Part shown: positions 44,859 to 54,175 of the stretch, piece by piece
Layout of the letters: the number at the start of each line of letters is the position of its first letter
How positions within the stretch are numbered: the first letter of the stretch is position 1
DNA from: Myxococcales bacterium
Lineage (GTDB): Bacteria > Myxococcota_A > Polyangia > Haliangiales > Haliangiaceae
Assembly (NCBI GenBank): GCA_016707895.1
Contig: JADJGV010000002.1
Coordinates: 591,695 to 655,694 of the forward strand
Direction of reading: 5' to 3'
Length of the DNA: 64,000 nt
Notes under the pieces: model-generated
What the model was told of the DNA's origin: nothing
Seen by the model: the letters and a program-made list of their open reading frames with translations, nothing else
The model's database searches: none
Translations under genes and position numbers: made by a program

Positions 44859-47309
44859 ATGGCGTCCGGTTCGCGCACCGCGCTCGCCGCGGTGCTCATC
44901 GCATGCGCCGGCGGGGCGGTGGCCCCGGTCCGCGCCGACGTGCTCGACGACATCGGCAAGAAGCTGGTGACCGTCGAGGGCGAGGCCCGCGAGCTCGGCA
45001 GCGGCATCAAGAAGCCGACCGGCCAGCCCAAGAAGGACGACGTCATGTCGCGCCGGCTGATCGACGCCCAGGTGGCGTTCGGCGTCGGCAACTACGACAA
45101 CGCCGCGCTCCTGCTCTACGACTACGTCGCGCAAGCGACGCGCGGCCGCGACTACGACACCGCGCTCTACTACCTCGGCGAGGCGCTGTTCCAGAAGAAG
45201 GACCGCGTCGCGTCGCGCACCTACTTCACCCAGCTGGTCAAGGAGCTGCCGTCGAGCAAGTACTACCAGCAGTCGCTCGAGCGGCTGATCGAGCTGTCGC
45301 TGATCCTCGGCGACACCGACGGCGTCGACGCGTGGCTGGCCGACCTCGATCGGGTGCCGTCCGACAAGCGGCGGCCGTCGGTGCCCTACGTCCGCGGCAA
45401 GTACGCGTTCGCGCAGAACGACTTCGCCGGCGCCGAGGGCTGGTTCAAGCAGGTCCCGGCCGACTCCGAGTACGGCTTCCAGGCCCAGTACTACCTGGGC
45501 ACCGCGTACGTCGGCATGAGGGAGCTCGGCAAGGCCACCCAGGCCATGGCCGCGCTGCTCGATCGCGAGCCCAAGACCGACGACGACGCCCGGGTCAAGG
45601 AGCTGGCGCAGCTGGCGCTGGGCCGCCTGTACTACGAGCGCGATCAGCCGACCAAGGCCATCGACAGCTACCTGCTGCTCGACCGCAAGAGCGACCTGTT
45701 CCCCGACGCGCTCTACGAGGTCGCGTGGGTCTACGTGAAGTCGCAGCAGTACGACAAGGCGCTGCGCGCGCTCGAGCTGTTGGCGCTGGCCGACCCGACC
45801 TCGCAGCGGCTGCCGACGGTGCGCATCCTCGAGGGCAACCTACGCGTGCGCAAGGCCCAGGGCATCCACGAGAAGGTGCTGGCCGGCCTCGACACCGGCA
45901 GCGCCAGCGGCACCGAGGAGTACGACAAGGCGACCCGCCTGTTCGGCGAGACCCACGAGCTGTACGCGCCGCCCCACGACGAGCTGGCCAAGATCATCGC
46001 CGCCAACGAGGACCCGCAGGCGTTCCTGGCGCAGATCACCGGCCGCGCGTCGGAGACCTTCCACACCAACTCGACGATGCCGGAGATCGCCGCGGCGTGG
46101 ATCCGCGACGAGCCCAACGTCAACCGGGTGATGACCGTCGAGACCGACCTCGGCGACATCCAGGGCGAGATCAACGAGGCCGAGCGCACGATCCAGCGGC
46201 TCGACGCCGTGCTCGGCTCGGCCAACCGGGTCAACATCTTCCCGTCGCTGGCCACCAAGCGCTCGCGCTCGACCGAGCTGCTCGAGGACCTGCTCGGCAT
46301 GCGCGAGAAGCTGGCCGACGAGGAGTACCGGCTGGCGCAGCAAGGCAACGCCAACGCCCAGCTGGCCGCGGTCGAGCCGCTGACCCAGCGCCGGCGCGCG
46401 CTCTTGACGCAGTGGAAGGCGATGCCCGACGCGGCGATCAGCTACGGCCAGCGCGTCGAGAAGGCCCAGGGCCAGTTCGACGACGTCGATCGCCAGCTGG
46501 CCGAGGTGCTGGTCACGATCGACACCACCCAGGCCACGGTCGTCGCGCTCGACAAGTTTGTCAAGGAGTCGGCCGAGCCGTCGGACCCCGCCGCCAAGAA
46601 GGCGTGGATCGCCCAGAAGCTCGAGGCGCAGAAGGTGATCGCCGAGCTCAACATCGAGATGGCCGAGATGCACCAAGAGCTCGACGGCATCCGCCGCGAG
46701 GTCGTGCTGGGCCGCGACGAGGCCGGCAGCGGCGACGAGGTGTCGCTGCGCGCCCGGACGCTGCGCGATCAGCTGCGCGCCGCCTACGCCGACGAGCACC
46801 GCGCGGTGGCGCGGCTGACGCTGGCCGACGCCAAGCGCGGCGGCAAGATCGGTGACCTGATCCGCCGCTCCGACGCGGCGATGGGGCAGCTCGACACCGT
46901 CAACGACACGATCGATCAGATCGTCGAGGTGGCGCTGACCGAGGTCCAGGACACGCTGACCTACGAGAAGGCCGAGCTGGCGTCGTACCGCCGCGAGTTC
47001 TTGCTGTACGAGGCCGAGTCGCGCGCGCTCGGCGGCACCGTGCTCGGCAACGCGTTCCGCGACGTCAAGGCCAAGTTCTACGACGTGCTGGTGCGCTCCG
47101 ACGTCGGCGTCGTCGACGTCGGCTGGTCGCAGAAGGAAGAGTCCGACGAGGATCTGTCGCGGCTCAACGTCGAGAAGCAGCGCGAGATCAAGCAGCTGCG
47201 CGACGAGTTCGCCGACCTGATCCGCGAGGCCAAGGAGGACGCGCCCGCGCCGGCCCCCGAGCCGGCCCCGCCGCCGCCCGATGGCGCCACGCCGGGAGGT
47301 CTGCCGTGA
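44859..47309 (+). CDS. TPR-repeat / coiled-coil envelope protein (Glt/Nfs-like)
   Basis: Signal peptide MASGSRTALAAVLIACAGGAVAPVRA. TPR-like YY…A…Y repeats are followed by a long Glu/Lys/Gln coiled-coil. Translationally linked to neighbours. Confidence 0.7.
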   Translation: MASGSRTALAAVLIACAGGAVAPVRADVLDDIGKKLVTVEGEARELGSGIKKPTGQPKKDDVMSRRLIDAQVAFGVGNYDNAALLLYDYVAQATRGRDYDTALYYLGEALFQKKDRVASRTYFTQLVKELPSSKYYQQSLERLIELSLILGDTDGVDAWLADLDRVPSDKRRPSVPYVRGKYAFAQNDFAGAEGWFKQVPADSEYGFQAQYYLGTAYVGMRELGKATQAMAALLDREPKTDDDARVKELAQLALGRLYYERDQPTKAIDSYLLLDRKSDLFPDALYEVAWVYVKSQQYDKALRALELLALADPTSQRLPTVRILEGNLRVRKAQGIHEKVLAGLDTGSASGTEEYDKATRLFGETHELYAPPHDELAKIIAANEDPQAFLAQITGRASETFHTNSTMPEIAAAWIRDEPNVNRVMTVETDLGDIQGEINEAERTIQRLDAVLGSANRVNIFPSLATKRSRSTELLEDLLGMREKLADEEYRLAQQGNANAQLAAVEPLTQRRRALLTQWKAMPDAAISYGQRVEKAQGQFDDVDRQLAEVLVTIDTTQATVVALDKFVKESAEPSDPAAKKAWIAQKLEAQKVIAELNIEMAEMHQELDGIRREVVLGRDEAGSGDEVSLRARTLRDQLRAAYADEHRAVARLTLADAKRGGKIGDLIRRSDAAMGQLDTVNDTIDQIVEVALTEVQDTLTYEKAELASYRREFLLYEAESRALGGTVLGNAFRDVKAKFYDVLVRSDVGVVDVGWSQKEESDEDLSRLNVEKQREIKQLRDEFADLIREAKEDAPAPAPEPAPPPPDGATPGGLP

Positions 47310-50300
47310 TCCGCACTCGCCTCATCGCCGCGCTGCTCGGCGTCGCCGTCGCCGCCGGCCCCGTCGTCGCCCAGCCCGGCGCGCAGGGCCCGGGCAGCGG
47401 CCCCTGGAACCAGCCTGGCTCCGGCCCCGGTCTCGGCGTGCCGTCGGGCGCGGTCCCCACGCCGCTCACCGACGCCGAGCGCGCCGCGCTCAAGGAGGTC
47501 GAAGCCGACTGGGGCCGCTACGTCGGCCAGGCCGACGAGCACCACCGCCGGCTGCGCGATCAGCTGCTGCGCTCGTTCGACGAGAAGACCGCCGACCTCG
47601 AGGCCCGCTACGCCTCGCGGATCGCCGACGCGACCGCGACCAAGGCCGAGCGCCAGCGCTCGATCATCGCGCAGCTCGAGAAGTTCATCGCCGATCACCC
47701 CGACCATCCGCAGTTCACCCCGGACGCGATGTTCCGGCTGGCCGACCTGTACCTCGACGTCGCCGACGAGGCGCTCGACCTGCTGACCGATCCCTCGGCC
47801 GAGCCGATCGCCGACTATTCGAAGTCGCTCGAGCTGTGGGAGCAGATCGTCACCCGGTTCCCCGACTACCGGCAGATGCCGTCGGTGCTGTACCTGCTGG
47901 CGTACTACGGCAAGACCAAGGATGAGCGCCGGTCGATGGTGCTGTTCCTGGCCCTGACCTGCACCAACCACTTCAAGTGGAACGACGTGCCCACCGCGGC
48001 GCCGACCAAGGAGGAGGCGCTGGCGCGGATCGATCGGCCCGAGCTGACCGATCCCTACGGCGACTGCCAGCCGTGGCCCGACGCCGACGTCGAGCTGGTC
48101 CGCCACGCCTGGGTGCGCGGCCTCGCCGACTACCACTTCACCGTCCCCGGCGAGCTCGACGAGGCGATCAGCGCCTACAACAAGGTCGTCGGCACCGCCA
48201 AGGACTCGCCGCTCTACGCCGAGGCGCTCTACAAGCTGGCCTGGTCGTACTACAAGCGCGACAAGCTCATCGAGTCGATCCAGAAGTTCGACGAGTCGGT
48301 GAAGCTCTACGACGACATCGTCGCCAAGGGCGCGATCCCGACGCTCGAGCTGCGCGAGGAGTCGCTGCAGTACATCGCGATCGGCTTCACCGATCCGTGG
48401 AAGGGCGAGACCGACCCCGATCCGGTCAAGGCCTTCGACCGCGCGCGCGAGTTCTACAAGGGCCGCGAGAACGAGCCCCACGTCCGCGACGTGTGGGAGG
48501 CGATGGGCGGCGCGTTCATGGAGCTCCAGGCCTACGACCAGGCCGTCGACTCGTACCGCATCGCGATCGGGCCGCCGTGGGAGCTCAACGCGCGCAACCC
48601 GCTGGTGCACCAGGCGATCGTCGACGCCTTCGAGGCCAAGGGCGACAAGCTGGCCGCCGACGAGGCCGCCGCGCAGCTCGCCATCCGCTACGCGCCGGGC
48701 ACGCCCTGGTACATCGCCAACGAGAAGGACCGCGAGGCGATGGAGAACCAGCGCCGCATCGCGGAGCGCGCGCTGTACGCCTCGGCCCGCAACACCCACC
48801 TGGCCGCGACCAACCTGCGCAAGGAGTACGAGGCCGGCGGCAAGACCGAGCCGGCGCTGAAGGAGGAGTACCTCGCGCTCTACGCCTCGGCGGTCAAGCT
48901 GTACCAGACCTTCGTCAAGCAGTACCCCGAGAGCGACTACGCCTACGAGTTCACCTACTACCAGGGCGAGGCGCTGTTCTACAGCGAGCGCTACATGGAG
49001 GCGGTCGAGCAGTACAAGTGGGTGCGCGACCACCGCGACCTGTCCGAGGCGTTCTTCCTCGACGCCGCCAAGAGCATCCTGGCCAGCTACGAGGCCGAGG
49101 TGGCCAAGCAGGTGGCGGCCGGCCAGCTGCCCGAGCTGCGGGTGCCGACCTCCGACGAGCTCAAGGCGCTGCCGCAGCCGCTGACGCCGATGTCGATCCC
49201 GGAGCTGTACCTGCAGCTGCAGGCGCAGTGGGACGACTACCAGAACGTCGTCAACGACCCGGCGACCGCGCCGCAGCAGGGCATCAACGCCGCGCTGGTC
49301 AGCCTGGCGTACCTGCACATCGACGACGCGATCGCCCGCATGGACAAGGTCATGACCAAGTTCTGCGGCGTGCCCGAGGCGATCGCCGCCAAGGACGGCC
49401 TGCTCGCGCTGTACGAGGCGACCGGCCAGCTCGAGAAGTTCACCGAGGTGAACAACAAGTTCATCAGCCAGAAGTGCGGCGACGCCAAGGCGATCGAGGC
49501 GGCCAAGAGCCAGAACCGCTCGGTCGAGTTCATGAAGGCCGGCCAGCAGTACGCCGACGGCAAGTTCCTCGAGGCCGCCGAGAGCTTCTACCGCTTCTAC
49601 AAGATCGCCCCGGCCGCCGACGCCGACGGCCCGACCGCGCTCTACAACTCGGCCGCGGCCTACATGCAGGCCAACCGCCCCAAGACCGCGATCGCGCTGT
49701 TCAAGGAGTTCACCCAGAGCAAGGAGAAGAACTACCGGGAGAGCCCGTACTTCCTCGAGGCGATGCGCCTGACCGCGGCCAGCCAGCAGAGCGTCTTCGA
49801 CTACGACGCGGCGATCGCCACCAACCTCGAGCTGTACGCGGTGGCCAAGGACGCCAAGAAGCGCGGCATCAAGCCGCCGCCGCCGCTGCCGGGCGAGGCG
49901 CAGCGCACCACCGATCAGATCGCGCTCGAGGCGCTGTACAACGCCGCGTTCCTGGCCGAGCTCAACCGCGACTTCAAGCGCGCGGTCGACCTGTTCGGCA
50001 AGTACGACAAGGAAGAGACCGACCGCGGCAAGAAGAGCGACGCCGCCTGGGAGGTCGTCATGATCTACAAGACCTCGGGCGACATCTCGAGCCTGATCGC
50101 CGCCGCCGATCGCTGGCGCCGGGGCTACGGCGCCGACGCCGGCAACGAGGACAAGTTCGTCCAGTCGTACTACGACACCGCGGGCCTGTGGCGGCGCAAG
50201 GGCAAGACCAAGGACGCCGAGGCGGCCGGCCGGCAGACCATGGACGCGTGGGTCACCCGCGGCAGCGTCAAGGGCGGCAAGGGCGCCAAGCTGGCCGGCG

Positions 50301-50806
50301 AGTGGGCGCTGTACTTCGCCGAGAGCTACTTCACCAAGACCTTCCAGCCGTACAAGATCACCGAGGTGGCCAAGACCATCGATCGGTCCAAGGCGATCAA
50401 GGCCGCGCTCGAGAAGCTGACCCTCGAGGTCCAGGACAAGTACGTCGCGCTCGACGCCTACGGCGTGGCCGAGTACTCGATGGCGGCCAAGGTGCGCTTC
50501 GGTGAGAGCCTGTCGCAGTTCGCCGAGAAGCTGGCGCAGTCGCCGACGCCCAAGTACGTGCTCGACCTCGACAAGAAGAACCCCGACGCCGGCGCGGTCG
50601 CGGCCTACGAAGAAGGCCTGGCCCGCAACCTGGCCAAGTACGTCGACCAGGCCAAGGCGCAGTGGACCGAGGTGGTCAACCTCGCGAAGAAGAACGGCGT
50701 GTCCAACAAGTGGAGCCAGCTCGCGCTGGAGAACCTCAACCGCGAGTTCCCGGACGAGTTCCCGGTCCTGCACCAGGAGCTGTTCGACGGCACGGAGGCG
50801 CCATGA
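47306..50806 (+). CDS. large TPR-repeat protein (GltD/NfsD-like)
   Basis: Signal peptide MIRTRLIAALLGVAVAAGPVVAQP. 1166 aa of TPR-like repeats. Start overlaps the upstream stop by 4 nt. Confidence 0.7.
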   Translation: MIRTRLIAALLGVAVAAGPVVAQPGAQGPGSGPWNQPGSGPGLGVPSGAVPTPLTDAERAALKEVEADWGRYVGQADEHHRRLRDQLLRSFDEKTADLEARYASRIADATATKAERQRSIIAQLEKFIADHPDHPQFTPDAMFRLADLYLDVADEALDLLTDPSAEPIADYSKSLELWEQIVTRFPDYRQMPSVLYLLAYYGKTKDERRSMVLFLALTCTNHFKWNDVPTAAPTKEEALARIDRPELTDPYGDCQPWPDADVELVRHAWVRGLADYHFTVPGELDEAISAYNKVVGTAKDSPLYAEALYKLAWSYYKRDKLIESIQKFDESVKLYDDIVAKGAIPTLELREESLQYIAIGFTDPWKGETDPDPVKAFDRAREFYKGRENEPHVRDVWEAMGGAFMELQAYDQAVDSYRIAIGPPWELNARNPLVHQAIVDAFEAKGDKLAADEAAAQLAIRYAPGTPWYIANEKDREAMENQRRIAERALYASARNTHLAATNLRKEYEAGGKTEPALKEEYLALYASAVKLYQTFVKQYPESDYAYEFTYYQGEALFYSERYMEAVEQYKWVRDHRDLSEAFFLDAAKSILASYEAEVAKQVAAGQLPELRVPTSDELKALPQPLTPMSIPELYLQLQAQWDDYQNVVNDPATAPQQGINAALVSLAYLHIDDAIARMDKVMTKFCGVPEAIAAKDGLLALYEATGQLEKFTEVNNKFISQKCGDAKAIEAAKSQNRSVEFMKAGQQYADGKFLEAAESFYRFYKIAPAADADGPTALYNSAAAYMQANRPKTAIALFKEFTQSKEKNYRESPYFLEAMRLTAASQQSVFDYDAAIATNLELYAVAKDAKKRGIKPPPPLPGEAQRTTDQIALEALYNAAFLAELNRDFKRAVDLFGKYDKEETDRGKKSDAAWEVVMIYKTSGDISSLIAAADRWRRGYGADAGNEDKFVQSYYDTAGLWRRKGKTKDAEAAGRQTMDAWVTRGSVKGGKGAKLAGEWALYFAESYFTKTFQPYKITEVAKTIDRSKAIKAALEKLTLEVQDKYVALDAYGVAEYSMAAKVRFGESLSQFAEKLAQSPTPKYVLDLDKKNPDAGAVAAYEEGLARNLAKYVDQAKAQWTEVVNLAKKNGVSNKWSQLALENLNREFPDEFPVLHQELFDGTEAP

Positions 50807-51993
50807 GTTCGGTAGATCCTCGATCCCGCTCGCGCGTCGGTAGTGTCGTGCGTCGCCTCGGCACCATCGGCATGGCCCTCGCCCTCGCGGCGGCGGTGGC
50901 CTGTGGCGGCGGCAGCAAGAAGAAGCCGACCACGCCGGGCGCCGGCTCGGGGTCGGGCTCGACCGCCGATCCCGGCGGCATGAACGACACCGGCGACCCC
51001 ACCGGCGACGGCGTCCCCACCACCGGCGGTGGCGGCGGGAGCGCGGGCGGCGGCGGCGACACGGGCGGCGGCGGCGGCGGTGGCGACCTGGGTGGCGGTG
51101 GTGGCGACGGCGGCGACCCGGTCGCGGCCGGCGACCCCGAGCCGCCGCCGATCGTCCCGCCCAACCTCGACATCCCGCCCGACCAGGCCCGCACCGAGGT
51201 CGATCGCCACCTGCGGCAGGCCAAGGCGATGCTGGCCGCGGCCAAGCCCGACCCCGACGGCGCGATCATCGAGGCCAAGGCGGCGCTGGCGGTCGACGGC
51301 ACCAACGTCGACGCGCAGATCGCGATCGCCCACGCCTACTACCTCAAGCGGCTGACCGACACCGCCGAGGTCATCCTCGACACGCTGTACAACAAGCGGC
51401 GCGCCGCGGTCGAGAACAACGCCTACCTGAACTACGTGTACGGGCTGGTCTACGACCGCAACAACGAGCCGGCCCGCGCGTTCGCCGCCTTCAAGAAGGC
51501 GGTCGCGCTCGACGGCAACTTCGCCAGCGCGCTGGTCAACCTCGGCGTCCACCAGCTCGAGAACAAGCAGTACGGCGACGCGGTCGAGTCCTTCGAGCGG
51601 CTCACCGGCCAGCTCGGCCGCACCGACGCCGCCACCTGGTCGTCCCTCGGCTCGGCCTACCGCGGCCAGGCCGCCGACTACGATCCTGGCAGCGCCAACA
51701 AGAACCAGCTCCTGGGTCGGGCCGAGAACGCCTACAAGCGGGCGCTGGCCGCCAACCAGAGCTACGGCCCCGCGTACTACAACCTCGGGCTGCTCTACCT
51801 CGACGCCGATCCGTTCCCCGACGGCGGCGGCGCGATGGACACGCTGGTCCGCCTCAACAAGGCCAAGACCTACTTCGAAGAGTACAAGAACATGGCCGGC
51901 GTCGACCTGGCGCTCTACGACGAGCGCCTGAAGGACGTCACCAAGCTGATCAAGCGCGAAGAGAAGAAGCGCAAGAAAGCCGGAGGTGGCTGA
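50803..51993 (+). CDS. TPR lipoprotein with Gly-rich linker (GltE/AglT/NfsE-like)
   Basis: ATGA overlap with upstream gene. Lipobox LAAAVACGGG. A 60-aa Gly/Asp-rich spacer precedes TPR repeats. Tail of track ORF 50662..51993. Confidence 0.65.
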   Translation: MSSVDPRSRSRVGSVVRRLGTIGMALALAAAVACGGGSKKKPTTPGAGSGSGSTADPGGMNDTGDPTGDGVPTTGGGGGSAGGGGDTGGGGGGGDLGGGGGDGGDPVAAGDPEPPPIVPPNLDIPPDQARTEVDRHLRQAKAMLAAAKPDPDGAIIEAKAALAVDGTNVDAQIAIAHAYYLKRLTDTAEVILDTLYNKRRAAVENNAYLNYVYGLVYDRNNEPARAFAAFKKAVALDGNFASALVNLGVHQLENKQYGDAVESFERLTGQLGRTDAATWSSLGSAYRGQAADYDPGSANKNQLLGRAENAYKRALAANQSYGPAYYNLGLLYLDADPFPDGGGAMDTLVRLNKAKTYFEEYKNMAGVDLALYDERLKDVTKLIKREEKKRKKAGGG

Positions 51994-52280
51994 TGCGTCC
52001 GACCCTCGCCCTGTTGCTGGTGGCGGCCCTGGCCGGGACCGCGGGCGCCGACCCGGCGGTCGCGTTCCACGTCGTCGACGACGGCGGCCACAAGAAGATC
52101 GTCATCGACACGCCGATCGACGTGAACGGGCGGGCGCCGCGGCCCGAGGTCGCGGTGCTGGGCGCGACCTTGCGCCCCGACTACGTGTGGCCGCTGGTCG
52201 AGCAGTCGATGCTCGACCTGGTGCTGGCCACCGTGCAGCGCGCGCCGTTCGTCGCGGCCCACGCCGGGGGCCGGCCGTGA
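51993..52280 (+). CDS. small secreted protein (GltF/NfsF-like), paralog 1
   Basis: Signal MRPTLALLLVAALAGTAGA. TGATG overlap with upstream gene. C-terminal …RAPF. Confidence 0.5.
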   Translation: MRPTLALLLVAALAGTAGADPAVAFHVVDDGGHKKIVIDTPIDVNGRAPRPEVAVLGATLRPDYVWPLVEQSMLDLVLATVQRAPFVAAHAGGRP

Positions 52281-52576
52281 GGGCGGTCGCGCTGGTGGTC
52301 GCCGCGCTGGCGCTGGCCGCCCCGACGGCCGCGCGCGCCGAGGGCTGCGACGACCAGGACACCGAGAAGAAGAACGACGGGAAGAACTTCCACATCGAGT
52401 ACCGCAACGGCCAGAAGGTCCACGTCATCGACACCGTCATCGCGGTGTGCGGCAAGGTCCCGCGGCCCAGCGTCGTCTACGTCTTGCAGGCCAAGAACAT
52501 CAACTACGAGTGGGAGCATCTGAAGCAGGACTTCCTGCCGCTGATCCTCGCCTCGGTCACCAAGGCCCCCTTCTGA
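52277..52576 (+). CDS. small secreted protein, paralog 2
   Basis: GTG overlapping the upstream stop. Signal VRAVALVVAALALAAPTAARA. Shares FH[IV]…V.VIDT.I.V.G..PRP.V..VL…APF with paralog 1. Confidence 0.5.
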   Translation: MRAVALVVAALALAAPTAARAEGCDDQDTEKKNDGKNFHIEYRNGQKVHVIDTVIAVCGKVPRPSVVYVLQAKNINYEWEHLKQDFLPLILASVTKAPF

Positions 52577-53982
52577 TGGCGACCGCACCCAACGCCCACG
52601 GCCCGCGTCCGCGCATCCTGCGCATCGGCGTCCTGCTCGGCGGCAAGATCGTCGAGGAGCGGCTGATCCGCGACCGCGGCGACGTCACCGTCGGCCAGAC
52701 GTCGAAGAACACCTTCTCGGTGCCGCTCGAGGGCCTGCCCCGCGAGTGGACGCTGTTCAAGGCCCACGAGGGGCGCTACACGCTCGACTTCACGGGGCAG
52801 ATGGACGGCCGCCTGTCCGACGGCGACAAGGTCCAGACGCTGGCCGCGGCCCGCGAGGCCGGCGCCCGGCGGGTCGGCGAGCACTTCTCGCTGCCGCTCG
52901 GCGACCACGCGCGCGGCAAGGTGTCGCTGGGCGACCTGACGCTCCTGTTCCAGTTCGTCACCGAGCCGCCGCTGCAGCCCCGGCCGCTGTTGCCGCACTC
53001 GGTGCGCGGCACGCTGGCCGATCGCATCGACCCGCGGCTCGCGATCACGGTCGCCGCGTCGGTGGCGATCCACTTCGGCTTCATGATCGCGGCGTGGCAG
53101 TGGGATCCACCGGGCGACGGCGGCATCGCCTACCGCGCGGCCAAGCAGACGTTCGCCGAGGACTCGGTGCCGGTCGACTTCCAGGAGCCGGTGGCGGTGC
53201 CGGAGAAGGGCGACGAGAAGGGCGCCGAGACCAAGGGCGAGGACAAGCAGCCCGAGAAGGCGCCCGACAAGAAGCCGGCCGGCGACAAGAAGCCGGCGGG
53301 CGACAGCAAGCCGGCCGAGGCCGGCGGCGGCCGCAACGAGAACGACGCGGTCGCGCTGCAGGAGGAGTCGGCCCGCATGGCCGACGCGCTGTTCTCCGAG
53401 GACGAGGCCGGCGGCGGCCTGGCCGGCGCGATGGAGAACAAGAAGCCGGGCAGCGACCTCGGCAACCAGCTGTCGGAGGTCGCCAAGAGCGGCGCGCAGA
53501 CCGCGATCGGCAACACCGCCGGCCGCGGCACCCGCGGCAACGGCGACCCGCGCGTCGGCACCGGCACCGGCCCCGGCGTCACCGGCCCCGGCGGCCCGGT
53601 CAGCGCCACCGGCCCCGACGGCAAGGGCGAGAAGGTCCCGACCGGCCGCATCTCGGTGTCGGACAAGAAGACGTTCGACGACTCGACGCTGACCCCCGAC
53701 GCCGTGCTGCGCAAGATCACCAGCGCGTACATGAGCGGCCTGAAGCGCTGCCACAAGGAGCTGCTGAAGACCGATCCCACCGCGCGCGGCAAGGTCAAGC
53801 TGGCGTTCACGGTCAACGAGAGCGGCCGCACCGTCAGCCCGCGCGTGAGCGGCTTCGCCGACAGCCTCGACTCGTGCATCGAGGGGCAGATGGGCAACTG
53901 GCGCTTCGACATCCCCAAGGACGGCGACGGCGAGCCGACCGACGCCAGCTTCGAGATCGCGCTGCAGCTCGTCCCGGAGTGA
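52576..53982 (+). CDS. AgmX/PglI C-terminal-domain protein (GltG/NfsG-like)
   Basis: TGATG coupling. Lys/Glu/Pro/Gly-rich linker. C-terminal LRKITSAYMSGLKRCHKELL…CIEGQMGNWRFDIPKDG is a TonB-C-like AgmX/PglI domain with two Cys. Tail of track ORF 52447..53982. Confidence 0.65.
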   Translation: MATAPNAHGPRPRILRIGVLLGGKIVEERLIRDRGDVTVGQTSKNTFSVPLEGLPREWTLFKAHEGRYTLDFTGQMDGRLSDGDKVQTLAAAREAGARRVGEHFSLPLGDHARGKVSLGDLTLLFQFVTEPPLQPRPLLPHSVRGTLADRIDPRLAITVAASVAIHFGFMIAAWQWDPPGDGGIAYRAAKQTFAEDSVPVDFQEPVAVPEKGDEKGAETKGEDKQPEKAPDKKPAGDKKPAGDSKPAEAGGGRNENDAVALQEESARMADALFSEDEAGGGLAGAMENKKPGSDLGNQLSEVAKSGAQTAIGNTAGRGTRGNGDPRVGTGTGPGVTGPGGPVSATGPDGKGEKVPTGRISVSDKKTFDDSTLTPDAVLRKITSAYMSGLKRCHKELLKTDPTARGKVKLAFTVNESGRTVSPRVSGFADSLDSCIEGQMGNWRFDIPKDGDGEPTDASFEIALQLVPE

Positions 53983-53986
53983 GCCA

Positions 53987-54006
53987 GCTCGGGGTAGCCC
54001 GAGCTG
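53987..54006 (+). terminator. hairpin AGCTCGGG-GTAG-CCCGAGCT 4 nt after operon stop; putative terminator
   Basis: Perfect 8-bp stem with a tetraloop at the end of the nine-gene same-strand cluster. A lower-GC intergenic region of 170 nt follows. Confidence 0.3.
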
Positions 54007-54175
54007 TGCTCCTGACAACGGACGACGCGGGGCGGCGTAGTCGTTTGCGGGCGTCGCTCGCACACCGTCTCACTCCGAGATCATCGGAGCGTGCGGCAGA
54101 ACATCGCAGCGCTGACGCGGTGGGGAGATCCGCGACGTGAATGGCGTACTCTGGTGACACTGGGGGATCATCGCC

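Noticed and set aside
47078-50773. 1231-aa minus-strand ORF, plus the +frame ORFs 44084..46855 and 47977..50505
   Set aside because: They overlap the TPR genes. Their products are dominated by Arg/Gly/Val/Asp (antisense of GAG/AAG/GCC-rich coding). The TPR genes have signal peptides, repeats and operon coupling.
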